NCBI GenBank assembly: GCA_016125035.1
Contig: WGMN01000001.1
Span: 4,617 to 36,616, forward strand
Direction of reading: 5' to 3'
From: Pseudomonadota bacterium
GTDB lineage: Bacteria > Pseudomonadota > Alphaproteobacteria > UBA2136 > UBA6156
Length of the DNA: 32,000 bases
The position numbers were made by a program, and so were the translations under genes. Positions 24,587-32,000 of this stretch are shown here, one piece after another (within the stretch, counting starts at the first letter, position 1; each line of letters opens with the position of its first letter). The notes under the pieces are model-generated. The model did no database searches. It had not been told where the DNA came from and saw only the letters and a list, made by a program, of their open reading frames with translations.

Positions 24587-26718
24587 GCAGGTTGACCACC
24601 GCGCTGCGCCAATTGCAGGAGAAGATCGCCGACCGGCAGCGCGGCAGGCGCGCCCAGCGCATTGCCAAGGCCAAGGCGGATGGCGCGGGGCCGCGAACCT
24701 CGGCCCGGTTGAGCACCTTTGCCCCGGCGGCGGACGTGGCCAGCCTGTTTGAGAATATTGCGGCGGCGGTGAACGCCGATATTTTGCGCTACACCCCGCC
24801 CGCCATGGCCGCCGGGCAGCCTGTTGAAGCGCCCGAGGATGAGGCCCTGTTGGCCCCGCAGGCCGCGCCCGCCCCCCCTGCCCCCGAGCCTGCCGCGCCA
24901 GCGCAGCTGGAAGAACCCCCCGCCGGGCCGCCGCCGGTGGTGCTGACGCCGCCCGCCGAGATTTTGGCCGCGCGGGCCCTTGCGCATGGTGAGGCGTTGG
25001 CCCCGCAGGCCGCAGCCACGCCACCCGCGCGCGCCGCAGGCGGCCTGGCCACCACCGCCCACCTGCACAGCCTTTATGAGGCCTGGCAGCCGATTGAACA
25101 CCTGTTGATGCAAGAAGGGGCCGACCATCTGCCGCCCACCTACCGGCCATGTTACGCCTTTTTAAAGGGTGAGCTGGATGCCCTGAGCAACGACCCCAGC
25201 CCCACCCACCCCACGCCCGCGCCGTTGCTGGCCAAAATAAAACAGGCGGTGACCGCTTTTGCCGACCGCCGCACCAACGACACCCTGACCTTGCTGAAAA
25301 ACGCCCTGGGCGGCGACCCGCACAACCCCACCCTGCTGGCGATGCTGAGCCAGGTGCTTTACCTGCTGGCCAGCACCGGCCAGCAGACCGTGTTGCCCGA
25401 GGCGCGCGATGTGGCCCAGCGCAGCACCATCCTCTCGGACAAATTGAAGCCTTCCAAGCTATTGTTTTATCGGTACATGGCGATCTCGTCAGAGATGGCC
25501 TTCAGCTCTGAGCGGGCCCTGGCGTGGCTGCGCGAGACCGGCTACCTGGACCCCATGTTGCTGACCGGGCCGCAGGGATTGTTTGCCGAACAGGGGCTTT
25601 ACTTGCGCGGTTGGGCGATGCTGGCGCGCATCCCCGTAGCGTTGTGGGACGAGGATGAATTTAGCGCCATGAAGGTTTTGATGGCCCAGGTGGTGGGCGG
25701 CGGCGCCATGTACATGCTGTGGTACCGCATGCCGCTGGTGCAGGCGCTGGCCACCAGCAAAGTGCCGCCGCCCGAAATAGGTGAGATGGAAAAATTGCTG
25801 GGCACCGCCCTGGCCCACCATGCCGAAGCCGCGGACGGGTTGGCGCAGATGCCGTTGGCGACTTCTCCGCTGCCGTGGTTTTTGCGCGTGCGCTTTTTGA
25901 ACACCGTGGCCAGCGTGGCGCCGGTACCCACCTTTGACCAGGTGCTGTGCATGGTGGCGTTGGACGGCCATAGCTGCCGCGAAGGCGTGCACCCGGACAA
26001 GGACCTGCGCGAACACCTGCACGACAGCAGCCTGAGCTACTGGCGGCTGTGGTGCAGCGTGGTGACCCCCTTTAAGGACGTGCAGCAGCCCTACCTTCTG
26101 CCCAGCGAGGAAACGGTGAACGACGCCGAGTTTTTAAGCGGCTTTGATGCCCTGCTGGGGGCTTTGAAGGAGGCCGAGTTGCAGCGCATCAAGCCCGACA
26201 TGTGGGAAGACCTGAAACCATGGATGACCCGCTGGCAGCTGGAACACCTGCTGGCCAGCGCCACCGGCAGCAGCAAACCGCGCAGCCGCTTTATGCCCAG
26301 CCTGGTGCCTTATACCCATTTTTATCATGCCTGGCAGGAGCCGGTGGTAAGTGCCGTGCTGGCCAGCGAGCTGATTTATGAAAACGCCCGGCGCGGCGCC
26401 TTTGCCAGCCTGTTTGAGATACAGGCGGCGTTTGAAGGCGCGGCCCGCCTGGTGGATGACCCGGTTTACGGCCTGTTGCCGGCGCAAAAGCGCGCACTGG
26501 CCGCCGCCAAAAAGCACAACCCCGAGAAGTTTGGCGGCATGACCCTGGACCTGGGCGGCAAAGGCAGCAGCGTGCTGTTGCTGATCATGCCGGTGGCATT
26601 GATCGGTGGAGTGGCGGCGATTGTGCAGATGAGCGCCAACTGGAGCCAGGCGATAGGCTTGATCTTAGCCCTGGCCGGGGTGGCTGGCGTGGTGCTGGTG
26701 AACCTGGGCCGGCGTTAG
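24583..26718 (+). CDS. Large protein of unknown function (711 aa): basic coiled N-terminus, Pro/Ala-rich linker, helical core, C-terminal double-TM anchor
   Basis: The ATG overlaps the upstream stop (ATGA at 24583-24586). I recognise no family signature. The C-terminus is VLLLIMPVALIGGVAAIV...AIGLILALAGVAGVVLVNLGRR. Confidence 0.8.
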   Translation: MSRLTTALRQLQEKIADRQRGRRAQRIAKAKADGAGPRTSARLSTFAPAADVASLFENIAAAVNADILRYTPPAMAAGQPVEAPEDEALLAPQAAPAPPAPEPAAPAQLEEPPAGPPPVVLTPPAEILAARALAHGEALAPQAAATPPARAAGGLATTAHLHSLYEAWQPIEHLLMQEGADHLPPTYRPCYAFLKGELDALSNDPSPTHPTPAPLLAKIKQAVTAFADRRTNDTLTLLKNALGGDPHNPTLLAMLSQVLYLLASTGQQTVLPEARDVAQRSTILSDKLKPSKLLFYRYMAISSEMAFSSERALAWLRETGYLDPMLLTGPQGLFAEQGLYLRGWAMLARIPVALWDEDEFSAMKVLMAQVVGGGAMYMLWYRMPLVQALATSKVPPPEIGEMEKLLGTALAHHAEAADGLAQMPLATSPLPWFLRVRFLNTVASVAPVPTFDQVLCMVALDGHSCREGVHPDKDLREHLHDSSLSYWRLWCSVVTPFKDVQQPYLLPSEETVNDAEFLSGFDALLGALKEAELQRIKPDMWEDLKPWMTRWQLEHLLASATGSSKPRSRFMPSLVPYTHFYHAWQEPVVSAVLASELIYENARRGAFASLFEIQAAFEGAARLVDDPVYGLLPAQKRALAAAKKHNPEKFGGMTLDLGGKGSSVLLLIMPVALIGGVAAIVQMSANWSQAIGLILALAGVAGVVLVNLGRR

Positions 26719-27119
26719 CCGGTGTGGCGCAGGGCTTGGGGGGGAGCGGCTTCTTCCACCTGGGCAGGCAGCATGGACGCGCCGTGCAGCACCAGCGCCG
26801 CCTGGGTGCGGTTTTGCACCCCCAGTTTGGTATAGATGCTTTTAAGGTAGGTTTTGACCGTGCCGGGAGTGACGCCGAGCTCGGCCGCGATCTTCTGGTT
26901 GCTGAGGCCGTGGCGCAGCAGGCTGAGGATCTGGCCTTCCCGCGGGGTGAGGCCGGATGGGACAGACTGCTGCTGGCTGCTGCGCGCGGCAAGCAGGGCT
27001 TCGTCGATGAGGTGGGTGCATTCCTCATACTCTGCCTGGATGGCGGCGGGGATGTGCTGGCCTATGGCCAGCAGGTGCAGGCGGAGGCGGACAAGGCGTT
27101 CGGCAATGTTTTCTGGCAT
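26715..27119 (-). CDS. Small LuxR/GerE-type HTH transcriptional regulator (no receiver domain)
   Basis: 134 aa. The C-terminus LTPREGQILSLLRHGLSNQKIAAELGVTPGTVKTYLKSIYTKLGVQNRTQAAL is a canonical LuxR-type HTH. Confidence 0.85.
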   Translation of the reverse strand: MPENIAERLVRLRLHLLAIGQHIPAAIQAEYEECTHLIDEALLAARSSQQQSVPSGLTPREGQILSLLRHGLSNQKIAAELGVTPGTVKTYLKSIYTKLGVQNRTQAALVLHGASMLPAQVEEAAPPQALRHTG

Positions 27120-27236
27120 AAGAAGACCGTAGGGCCCTGCCGCCAGGGAACATAGACCCAGGGTTAATAAAAAAACGGCGAGATTATATGTATCAGCTAC
27201 TTAACTTATTTCACATCGGATATATTACGTTAGAGA

Positions 27237-27252
27237 TATCCCCTAAGGGATA
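27237..27252. promoter_or_regulatory. Inverted repeat TATCCC-N4-GGGATA in the AT-rich luxR-like upstream region (possible operator)
   Basis: Seen directly in the unusually AT-rich stretch 27160-27250, upstream of the LuxR-type gene. Confidence 0.25.
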
Positions 27253-27302
27253 CCCCGCAACCGGGGGCAGCCAAAAGCCCGGCCCCCCGGCGCAGGGAAG
27301 CC

Positions 27303-27331
27303 TTGACAGCGGGGGCGCGAGGCGCTAGACA
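27303..27331 (+). promoter_or_regulatory. Predicted sigma70-type promoter of rpmG
   Basis: TTGACA (27303-27308), 17-nt G-rich spacer, TAGACA (27326-27331), about 68 nt upstream of the rpmG ATG. Confidence 0.5.
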
Positions 27332-27399
27332 ACGCCAGACAAGCGGCCCTGCATGGGGCAGAGCGCCGCGGCAAGATTGATAAAGACGGGTTTAGAGTT

Positions 27400-27600
27400 A
27401 TGGCCTCGAAGAAGCGCAACAGCATCCTCATCAAGCTGGTGAGCACCGCCACCAAGGAAGATGGCCGCAAGACCGGCTTCTTTTACGTGACCAGGAAGAA
27501 CCCGCGCAGCTTGAACACCGGCCAGGAAAAATTGCAGTTCCGCAAGTATGATCCGGTGGTGATGAAGCATGTGATCTTTAAGGAAGAGAAGATCAAGTAA
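27400..27600 (+). CDS. rpmG: 50S ribosomal protein L33 (Cys-less form, slightly longer than E. coli L33)
   Basis: 66 aa. IKLVSTA...[10 protein letters not shown]...[24 protein letters not shown] matches the L33 pattern (KLVS..GTGHFYTT.KN.R...KLELRKFDPVVRQHV.YKE.KIK). It stands alone with no adjacent rpmB. Confidence 0.93.
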   Translation: MASKKRNSILIKLVSTATKEDGRKTGFFYVTRKNPRSLNTGQEKLQFRKYDPVVMKHVIFKEEKIK

Positions 27601-27624
27601 CGGAATCCGGTTTTCGGAATTCGG

Positions 27625-27648
27625 CCCCGCCTTTGGCGGGGTTTTTTT
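27625..27648 (+). terminator. Intrinsic terminator of rpmG
   Basis: CCCCGCC-ttt-GGCGGGG followed by T7. Confidence 0.7.
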
Positions 27649-27653
27649 GCGGG

Positions 27654-27686
27654 CGAAAAAAGAGGGGGCCCCGCTTGGGGGCCCGG
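27654..27686 (-). terminator. Intrinsic terminator downstream of the small ORF at 27716-27838
   Basis: The minus strand reads CCGGGCCCCCAAGCGGGGCCCCC followed by TCTTTTTTCG. Confidence 0.5.
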
Positions 27687-27715
27687 CTGCTTGCGGTGCG
27701 ACGTCCGCTTCCTGT

Positions 27716-27838
27716 TTAGTGGAACGGCGACGTGGGGGGAATGATATGCGAGGCGGCGATGACCGCCATTAATGCTGCCAGCCCCAAAGCAAGAAGGGCC
27801 AAAGTAAGAAGCGTGGAGCGAATAGCTTTGCCGAACAT
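27716..27838 (-). CDS. Candidate small hydrophobic peptide (40 aa, MFGKAIRSTLLTLALLALGLAALMAVIAASHIIPPTSPFH)
   Basis: The ATG (cat 27836-27838) is preceded by AAAGGAAACGCGCC. The product has a single TM-like helix, the stop TAA is at 27716-27718, and a terminator lies about 30 nt downstream. It sits downstream of xthA on the same strand and is below the ORF-track cutoff. Confidence 0.35.
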   Translation of the reverse strand: MFGKAIRSTLLTLALLALGLAALMAVIAASHIIPPTSPFH

Positions 27839-27946
27839 GGCGCGTTTCCTTTTCGAACGGAAGGGCGCCGTTGGTGGCGCGGGTGGGTGGTTGGGTTTTG
27901 AAGATGGCGCGGGAGGTTGCGCTTTGCAAGGCCCGGGGTGGTGATT

Positions 27947-28732
27947 TCAGGCGAATTCGGCCAGCACGGGAATGTGGTCAGACGGTTGGGTTTTGCGGCG
28001 CTCTTCCGCAAAATGCTGCACCGCTTTGAGGTGCGGGGTGAGCGCGGGTGAGGTGAAGAGGTAGTCTATCCGCATGCCGGTGTTGGGGGTGCGGGCGAAC
28101 ATGCGGTAATCCCACCACGAGAAGATGTGCTCTTCCTGGCTGACCTGGCGGAAGGCGTCGGCCAGGCCGGTTTGCTTTTGCAGCTGGGAGAGCCACTCTC
28201 TCTCTTGCGGGGTGAACAGGACGTCTTTGGCGGCGCGGGTGGGGTTGACCACGTCGCGTTCATCCGCCGCGATGTTGAAATCGCCCGCCAGGATGAGGTT
28301 GGGGTGAGATTTGACCTCGGCCTGGATGTGGCTGGTGAGGTGTTGGTAGAAGGCCTGCTTGAAGGCGAATTTGGGGCTATCCAGCGCCTGGCCGTTGGGG
28401 ACGTAGGCCGAGATGACCCGGGTAGGGCCGAGCGGCGTTTCCACCGTGGCGGAGATGACGCGGGTTTGCTCTTCCAGGTTATGGCCGTTGAAGCCCAGCG
28501 CCACGTTTTGCAGTGGTGTGCGGCTGATGAGGGCCACGCCGTTGTAGCTCTTTTGCCCGTGGCAGGCAGTGTGGTAGCCGAGCTCGGTGAAGGCGCTGTG
28601 CGGGAAGAGGGAGTCTTCCACCTTGGTTTCCTGCAGGCACAAGACGTCGGGTTGGGCGACCTCCATCCAATCCAGCACGTGGGTGAGGCGGATGCGCAGG
28701 GAGTTGACGTTCCAGGTGGCGACTTTAAGCAT
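27947..28732 (-). CDS. xthA: Exodeoxyribonuclease III
   Basis: 261 aa. MLKVATWNVNSLRIRL...PDVLCLQETK...GDFNIA...WDYR...RIDY...SDHIPV are ExoIII/AP endonuclease hallmarks. Confidence 0.93.
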   Translation of the reverse strand: MLKVATWNVNSLRIRLTHVLDWMEVAQPDVLCLQETKVEDSLFPHSAFTELGYHTACHGQKSYNGVALISRTPLQNVALGFNGHNLEEQTRVISATVETPLGPTRVISAYVPNGQALDSPKFAFKQAFYQHLTSHIQAEVKSHPNLILAGDFNIAADERDVVNPTRAAKDVLFTPQEREWLSQLQKQTGLADAFRQVSQEEHIFSWWDYRMFARTPNTGMRIDYLFTSPALTPHLKAVQHFAEERRKTQPSDHIPVLAEFA

Positions 28733-28751
28733 GCTGCATTATACATGCGGG

Positions 28752-29036
28752 ATGGAAATGATGAAGGCGCATGATGTGGAGGCCCTTTTGGCGGCGGCTT
28801 TGCCAGGCGCGAGCGTGAGCGTGCGCGATGATACCCACAAGCATCTGGAGCACAACGAGCAGGTGGGCCATGGCGGCAGCCACTTTTTGGTGAGGGTGGT
28901 ATGGGACGGTTTTGCCGGCCAGCCCCGGCTGGTGCGCCACCGCAGGGTTTTTGATTTGCTGCGCGCGGCATGGGATGAGCGGCGGATACATTCACTGAGC
29001 ATGAGGTTGATGACCACGGAGGAAGCGGCCGCGTAG
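28752..29036 (+). CDS. BolA-family protein
   Basis: About 94 aa from MEMMKAHDVEALL. The pattern ...VSVRDDTHKH....GGSHFLVRVVWDGFAGQPRLVRHRRVFDLL...IHSLSMRLMTTEE fits BolA (GSHF...S..F.G...v.RHr.Vy..L....IHAL). The ORF-track start at 28587 is antisense to xthA and was rejected. Confidence 0.8.
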   Translation: MEMMKAHDVEALLAAALPGASVSVRDDTHKHLEHNEQVGHGGSHFLVRVVWDGFAGQPRLVRHRRVFDLLRAAWDERRIHSLSMRLMTTEEAAA

Positions 29037-29063
29037 CGGTGGCGTGGCATTGGGGCTAAACTG

Positions 29064-31085
29064 GTGCCAACAATGAAAACAATACTGCCCCCGCGCGCGC
29101 TGGCCCTGCTGAAGAACTGGCAGGCGCGCCTGTTGCTGCTGGCGGTGATTTGGGGCGTGGGATCATTTTTATGGGGCACCCTGCACGCCTGGAGCCAGCA
29201 CCAAGCCCTGCAACAAGGGCGGCATTTTGTGCAGGAGCAGATGGCACTGACCAATGCCTGGCTGGGAGAAGCGTTGGGGCCGGTGGAGAAGTTGGCCGGC
29301 GACGAAAGGTTGCGCAGCGCCATTACCCTGCCCGACGGCGTGGCCAGCGTGCCGGTGTTGCGCGTGCTTTATGAGTTTGCCTACCTGCACCATGCCAGTG
29401 ACCTGTATGTGGTGGACCTGGCCAGCGACAAGGTGGGCGCCACGGCCGGCAGCCCACGGCTGAACCCGGAAGTGCTGGCGCGGTTGAAGGATTTGAATGG
29501 GCAAAACGGCATGTTGATTGGCGCCGGGGCCCGCAACGGCGCCATTTTTGTGGTGCGCAGCGTGCCCGCCCCCCTGCCCCACCGCGTGGTGGTGGTGGTG
29601 CCCTTTAGCCTGGCGCGGTTGGCCGACGGCCGCCCGGTGCAGGCGGGAGAAAGCCATGACCGCCTGGGCCTGCTGCTGCCGCACACCGCCGGTTGGGCCT
29701 GGTGGGACCAGGACGCCACCAGCTTTGAGTTGCTGCCCAAAGACACCATGGAGCACATGCTGGCGCGCGATGCCGTGAAGACAGATGACGGAGTGGTGAT
29801 TATGCAGCCGCTGGATTGGTTGGGAAATGTGTGGCTGGGCGTGAAAAAGCCCGCCCTGCTGGATACGGTGGCGTGGTTGCCGCAGATGCTGCTGGGAGCG
29901 TGGGTGTTGGCCTTGACCGGGTTGGTGTTGTGGCGGCCCTCGCGCCAGGTGCGGGGCACGGTGCAGCGGGCGCTTGCGCCGATGCGCGTGCCGGCGCGGT
30001 TGCTGGCGGGCGCCTTGGCGGTGCCCTTTGCAGCCTTTAGCAACTACATGCGCGAGCAGGTAAGCGATTTGGACGGCCCGCCGCTGGTGGATGGGCCCGG
30101 CGACTTTATGCCCAGCGACTTTAAGGGCATGCGCGGCTGGCAGAAACTCTGGCACGGCGGAAAGCCTGAGGCCCCAGCAAGCCCAACACGGCAGAGCGCC
30201 AGGCGCGTGCCGGTGGAAGCCCCTACCCTGAGCCCGGAACAGCAAGCCAAAAACGCCGCCGACTTGCAGCGCGACAAGGAAGAGCGCGAACTGAAGGACG
30301 TGATACGCGCCTGCTTGCGCGAAGGGCGGCTGGCGCTTCTCTACCAGCCGATTTACCGCGTGGCAGACGGCGTGCCCGCGATGCACGAGGTTTACGCCCG
30401 CCTGGTGAAGCCGGGTGGAGAAGTGTTGATGCCCGGCCAATTTTTGCCGGTAACCAACCGCTTTGGATTGACGCAGGCGCTGGATGCGGCGGTGTTCCGC
30501 AAAGTGCTGGCCACCCACTTTGAAAACGGCACCCCGCCCGCCGGCAAGTTGGCGCTGAACGTGGGCGGCACCAGCCTGGACGGCATTGCCTACCTGCAGG
30601 AGTTGCTGGGGCATGGCGCCCACGTGCTGGAAAACCTGGTTTTTGAAGTGCGCAGCCAGGAAATTGTGCGCGACCCCAAGGCTTTGAAGTTGCTGAAGGA
30701 TATCCAGAAGCATGGCGGCCACCTGGCGGTGGACTACTTTGGCGGCGGCAAGGCGATGTTGCAGGCCAGCGCGGCGATGGGCTTTGGTTATGTAAAGCTG
30801 GATGCCAGCCGCTTTGTTGGAGAAACCGGCCAGGCCGAACTGGCGGGCTTATGCGCGGCGGCGGAAGAAGGCGGCCTGCCGATGGTGTTGGAAAAGGTGG
30901 AAGACCAGGCCACCATGGAGTTTGCCCGCAGCCACGGCGTGACCTACCTGCAAGGCTACGCGCTGGCCAAACCCTTACCCGAGCTGGTGAGTGCGCCTTT
31001 GGTGGCAACGCCCCCTGCGGCAAACACGGCACAGGTGGATACACGAAGCGCTGACCCAAGCCTTACACCCGGCGCAGAAAGCTGA
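29064..31085 (+). CDS. Membrane-anchored periplasmic-sensor protein with C-terminal EAL domain (partly degenerate catalytic motifs)
   Basis: 673 aa with two TM segments flanking a periplasmic region of about 230 aa. EAL-domain blocks are YQPIY...HEVYAR (for EALxR), LALNVGG, FEVRS (for ExTE), VDYFGGG (for DDFGTG), VKLD, LEKVE and LQGY. The start may be GTG 29064 or ATG 29073. Confidence 0.88.
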   Translation: MPTMKTILPPRALALLKNWQARLLLLAVIWGVGSFLWGTLHAWSQHQALQQGRHFVQEQMALTNAWLGEALGPVEKLAGDERLRSAITLPDGVASVPVLRVLYEFAYLHHASDLYVVDLASDKVGATAGSPRLNPEVLARLKDLNGQNGMLIGAGARNGAIFVVRSVPAPLPHRVVVVVPFSLARLADGRPVQAGESHDRLGLLLPHTAGWAWWDQDATSFELLPKDTMEHMLARDAVKTDDGVVIMQPLDWLGNVWLGVKKPALLDTVAWLPQMLLGAWVLALTGLVLWRPSRQVRGTVQRALAPMRVPARLLAGALAVPFAAFSNYMREQVSDLDGPPLVDGPGDFMPSDFKGMRGWQKLWHGGKPEAPASPTRQSARRVPVEAPTLSPEQQAKNAADLQRDKEERELKDVIRACLREGRLALLYQPIYRVADGVPAMHEVYARLVKPGGEVLMPGQFLPVTNRFGLTQALDAAVFRKVLATHFENGTPPAGKLALNVGGTSLDGIAYLQELLGHGAHVLENLVFEVRSQEIVRDPKALKLLKDIQKHGGHLAVDYFGGGKAMLQASAAMGFGYVKLDASRFVGETGQAELAGLCAAAEEGGLPMVLEKVEDQATMEFARSHGVTYLQGYALAKPLPELVSAPLVATPPAANTAQVDTRSADPSLTPGAES

Positions 31086-31118
31086 CAGGCGTACGGAGTT
31101 GGGTATACGATTGGCAAC

Positions 31119-31997
31119 ATGCCACAGCGCCAACACGACAACGAAACCCTTGCCGACCTGACCCGCCAGCAGCCGCTGGAATTGCGGCTGGTGATGGCCA
31201 TGGCCGGCGAGCGCGAGATGAACGCGCGCGAACAGCAGGTGCTGGAAAAATTGCAGGCGGTGCGCGGCGAAAGCCTGTTTGCCGACATGCTTTACGCACT
31301 GACGCGCAAGAGCTTCCCCACCAAGCAGGCCAAGACCTTGTGGGCGGAGATTGGTGACCACCGCGGCAAGTTAAAAAAGCTGCTGGGCCGCGACCCCGGC
31401 GTGACCCTGGCGGCGCACGACTACCTGGCGAATGTGTCGGGCCTGTTGAAGGGCGCGGGGGTGATTGAGGAGCAGAAATTCCAGACGTTGGCGACCAGCG
31501 CCAGCCGCGACGGGCTGACCGGCCTTTACGACAAGACCACCTTTGCGCGGATTTTGGGAGATGAGCTGAGCCGCCAGGCGCGCTATGGCCGCCCGGTGAC
31601 CCTGGCGATGATCGACATTGACCATTTTAAAAAGCTGAACGACACCTTTGGCCATGCGGACGGCGACGTGGTGCTGGCCCAGGTGGCCGAAGTGATTGCC
31701 AAGCAGGCGCGCACCAGCGACAGCTGCGGGCGCTTTGGCGGCGAGGAATTTGGCGTGGTGCTGCCGGAGGTGGATGCCAACGCCGGGCTGGCGCTGGCGG
31801 AACGGATAAGGAGCGCGGTGGAAGCCGCTTTTGGCACCACCCCATATAAGGTAACGGTGAGCGTGGGCGTGGCCACCGGCACCCCCGGCGTGCACGCCGA
31901 TGATTTGGTGCGCGCCGCAGATGGTGCGCTTTATGAGGCCAAGCGCGGCGGGCGCAACAAGGTGGCGGTGGCGAAGGAAATTGTGACGAATATATAA
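31119..31997 (+). CDS. GGDEF-domain diguanylate cyclase with intact GGEEF and RxxD I-site
   Basis: 292 aa. RDGLTGLYDKTTF...IDIDHFKKLNDTFGHADGD...ARTSDSCGRFGGEEFGVVL...ALYEAKRGGRNKV. RTSD lies 5 residues before GGEEF. Confidence 0.9.
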   Translation: MPQRQHDNETLADLTRQQPLELRLVMAMAGEREMNAREQQVLEKLQAVRGESLFADMLYALTRKSFPTKQAKTLWAEIGDHRGKLKKLLGRDPGVTLAAHDYLANVSGLLKGAGVIEEQKFQTLATSASRDGLTGLYDKTTFARILGDELSRQARYGRPVTLAMIDIDHFKKLNDTFGHADGDVVLAQVAEVIAKQARTSDSCGRFGGEEFGVVLPEVDANAGLALAERIRSAVEAAFGTTPYKVTVSVGVATGTPGVHADDLVRAADGALYEAKRGGRNKVAVAKEIVTNI

Positions 31998-32000
31998 GGC

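Noticed and set aside
27483-27929. 148-aa minus-strand ORF spanning the rpmG region.
   Set aside because: It overlaps rpmG antisense and crosses two terminators. The product is basic and low in complexity, with no motif. The 40-aa ORF at 27716-27838, in a different frame, is the only part with gene-like signals.
28587-28751. Long N-terminal extension of the bolA-like ORF (start GTG 28587).
   Set aside because: It is entirely antisense to the well-supported xthA coding region, and its sequence is not BolA-like. BolA homology begins near the MEMMKAHDVE start at 28752.
1-32000. Search for CRISPR arrays, rRNA, tRNA and IS elements.
   Set aside because: I found no regularly spaced direct repeats with unique spacers, no rRNA or tRNA signatures and no transposase-like ORFs. 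The only repeats are the ~10-bp A-tract units and the two ~92-bp copies reported above.

Overview
GC-rich bacterial chromosomal window, proteobacterium-like by the look of its RpoB/RpoC and ribosomal proteins; I cannot name the taxon. The minus strand carries the core translation and transcription machinery. This comprises the S10-operon head (rpsJ-rplC-rplD-rplW-rplB-rpsS-rplV-rpsC'), rpoB-rpoC, rplJ-rplL and rplK-rplA. The usual supercluster is broken up. No rpsL-rpsG-fusA-tuf lies between rpoC and rpsJ, and no secE-nusG lies upstream of rplK. A peptide-deformylase-like gene sits on the opposite strand between rplL and rpoB, and a small terminator-flanked unit sits between rplA and rplJ. Each minus-strand block has its own sigma70-like promoter of an unusual shared design: TTGACA or TTGCCA, a 17-nt almost pure C-tract spacer, then TATA(C/A)N. 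The most interesting locus is a visibly lower-GC plus-strand three-gene cassette (4855-6476) in the slot where the str operon normally sits. It encodes a secreted protein, a fusion protein and a translationally coupled small membrane protein. The fusion joins a phage MuF/gp7-type C-x2-C...HPNC-x-C zinc knuckle to a domain that aligns with vertebrate serum amyloid A down to the C-terminal EKY. The cassette is preceded by about 1 kb of structured non-coding DNA containing phased A-tracts, a pair of about 92-bp repeats, G-run clusters and a candidate 34-aa hydrophobic ORF. The right half of the window holds several further genes. These are a polysaccharide co-polymerase/BY-kinase-like protein with a degenerate P-loop, a possible capsule-synthesis-like protein, an SSF transporter and a 7Fe ferredoxin. 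They also include a DsbA-like protein coupled to a 711-aa tail-anchored protein of unknown function, a solo LuxR-type HTH, rpmG, xthA, a bolA-like gene and an EAL plus GGDEF pair. I saw no rRNA, tRNA, CRISPR array, transposase or integrase. All calls rest on reading the sequence and ORF track by eye; no searches were run.
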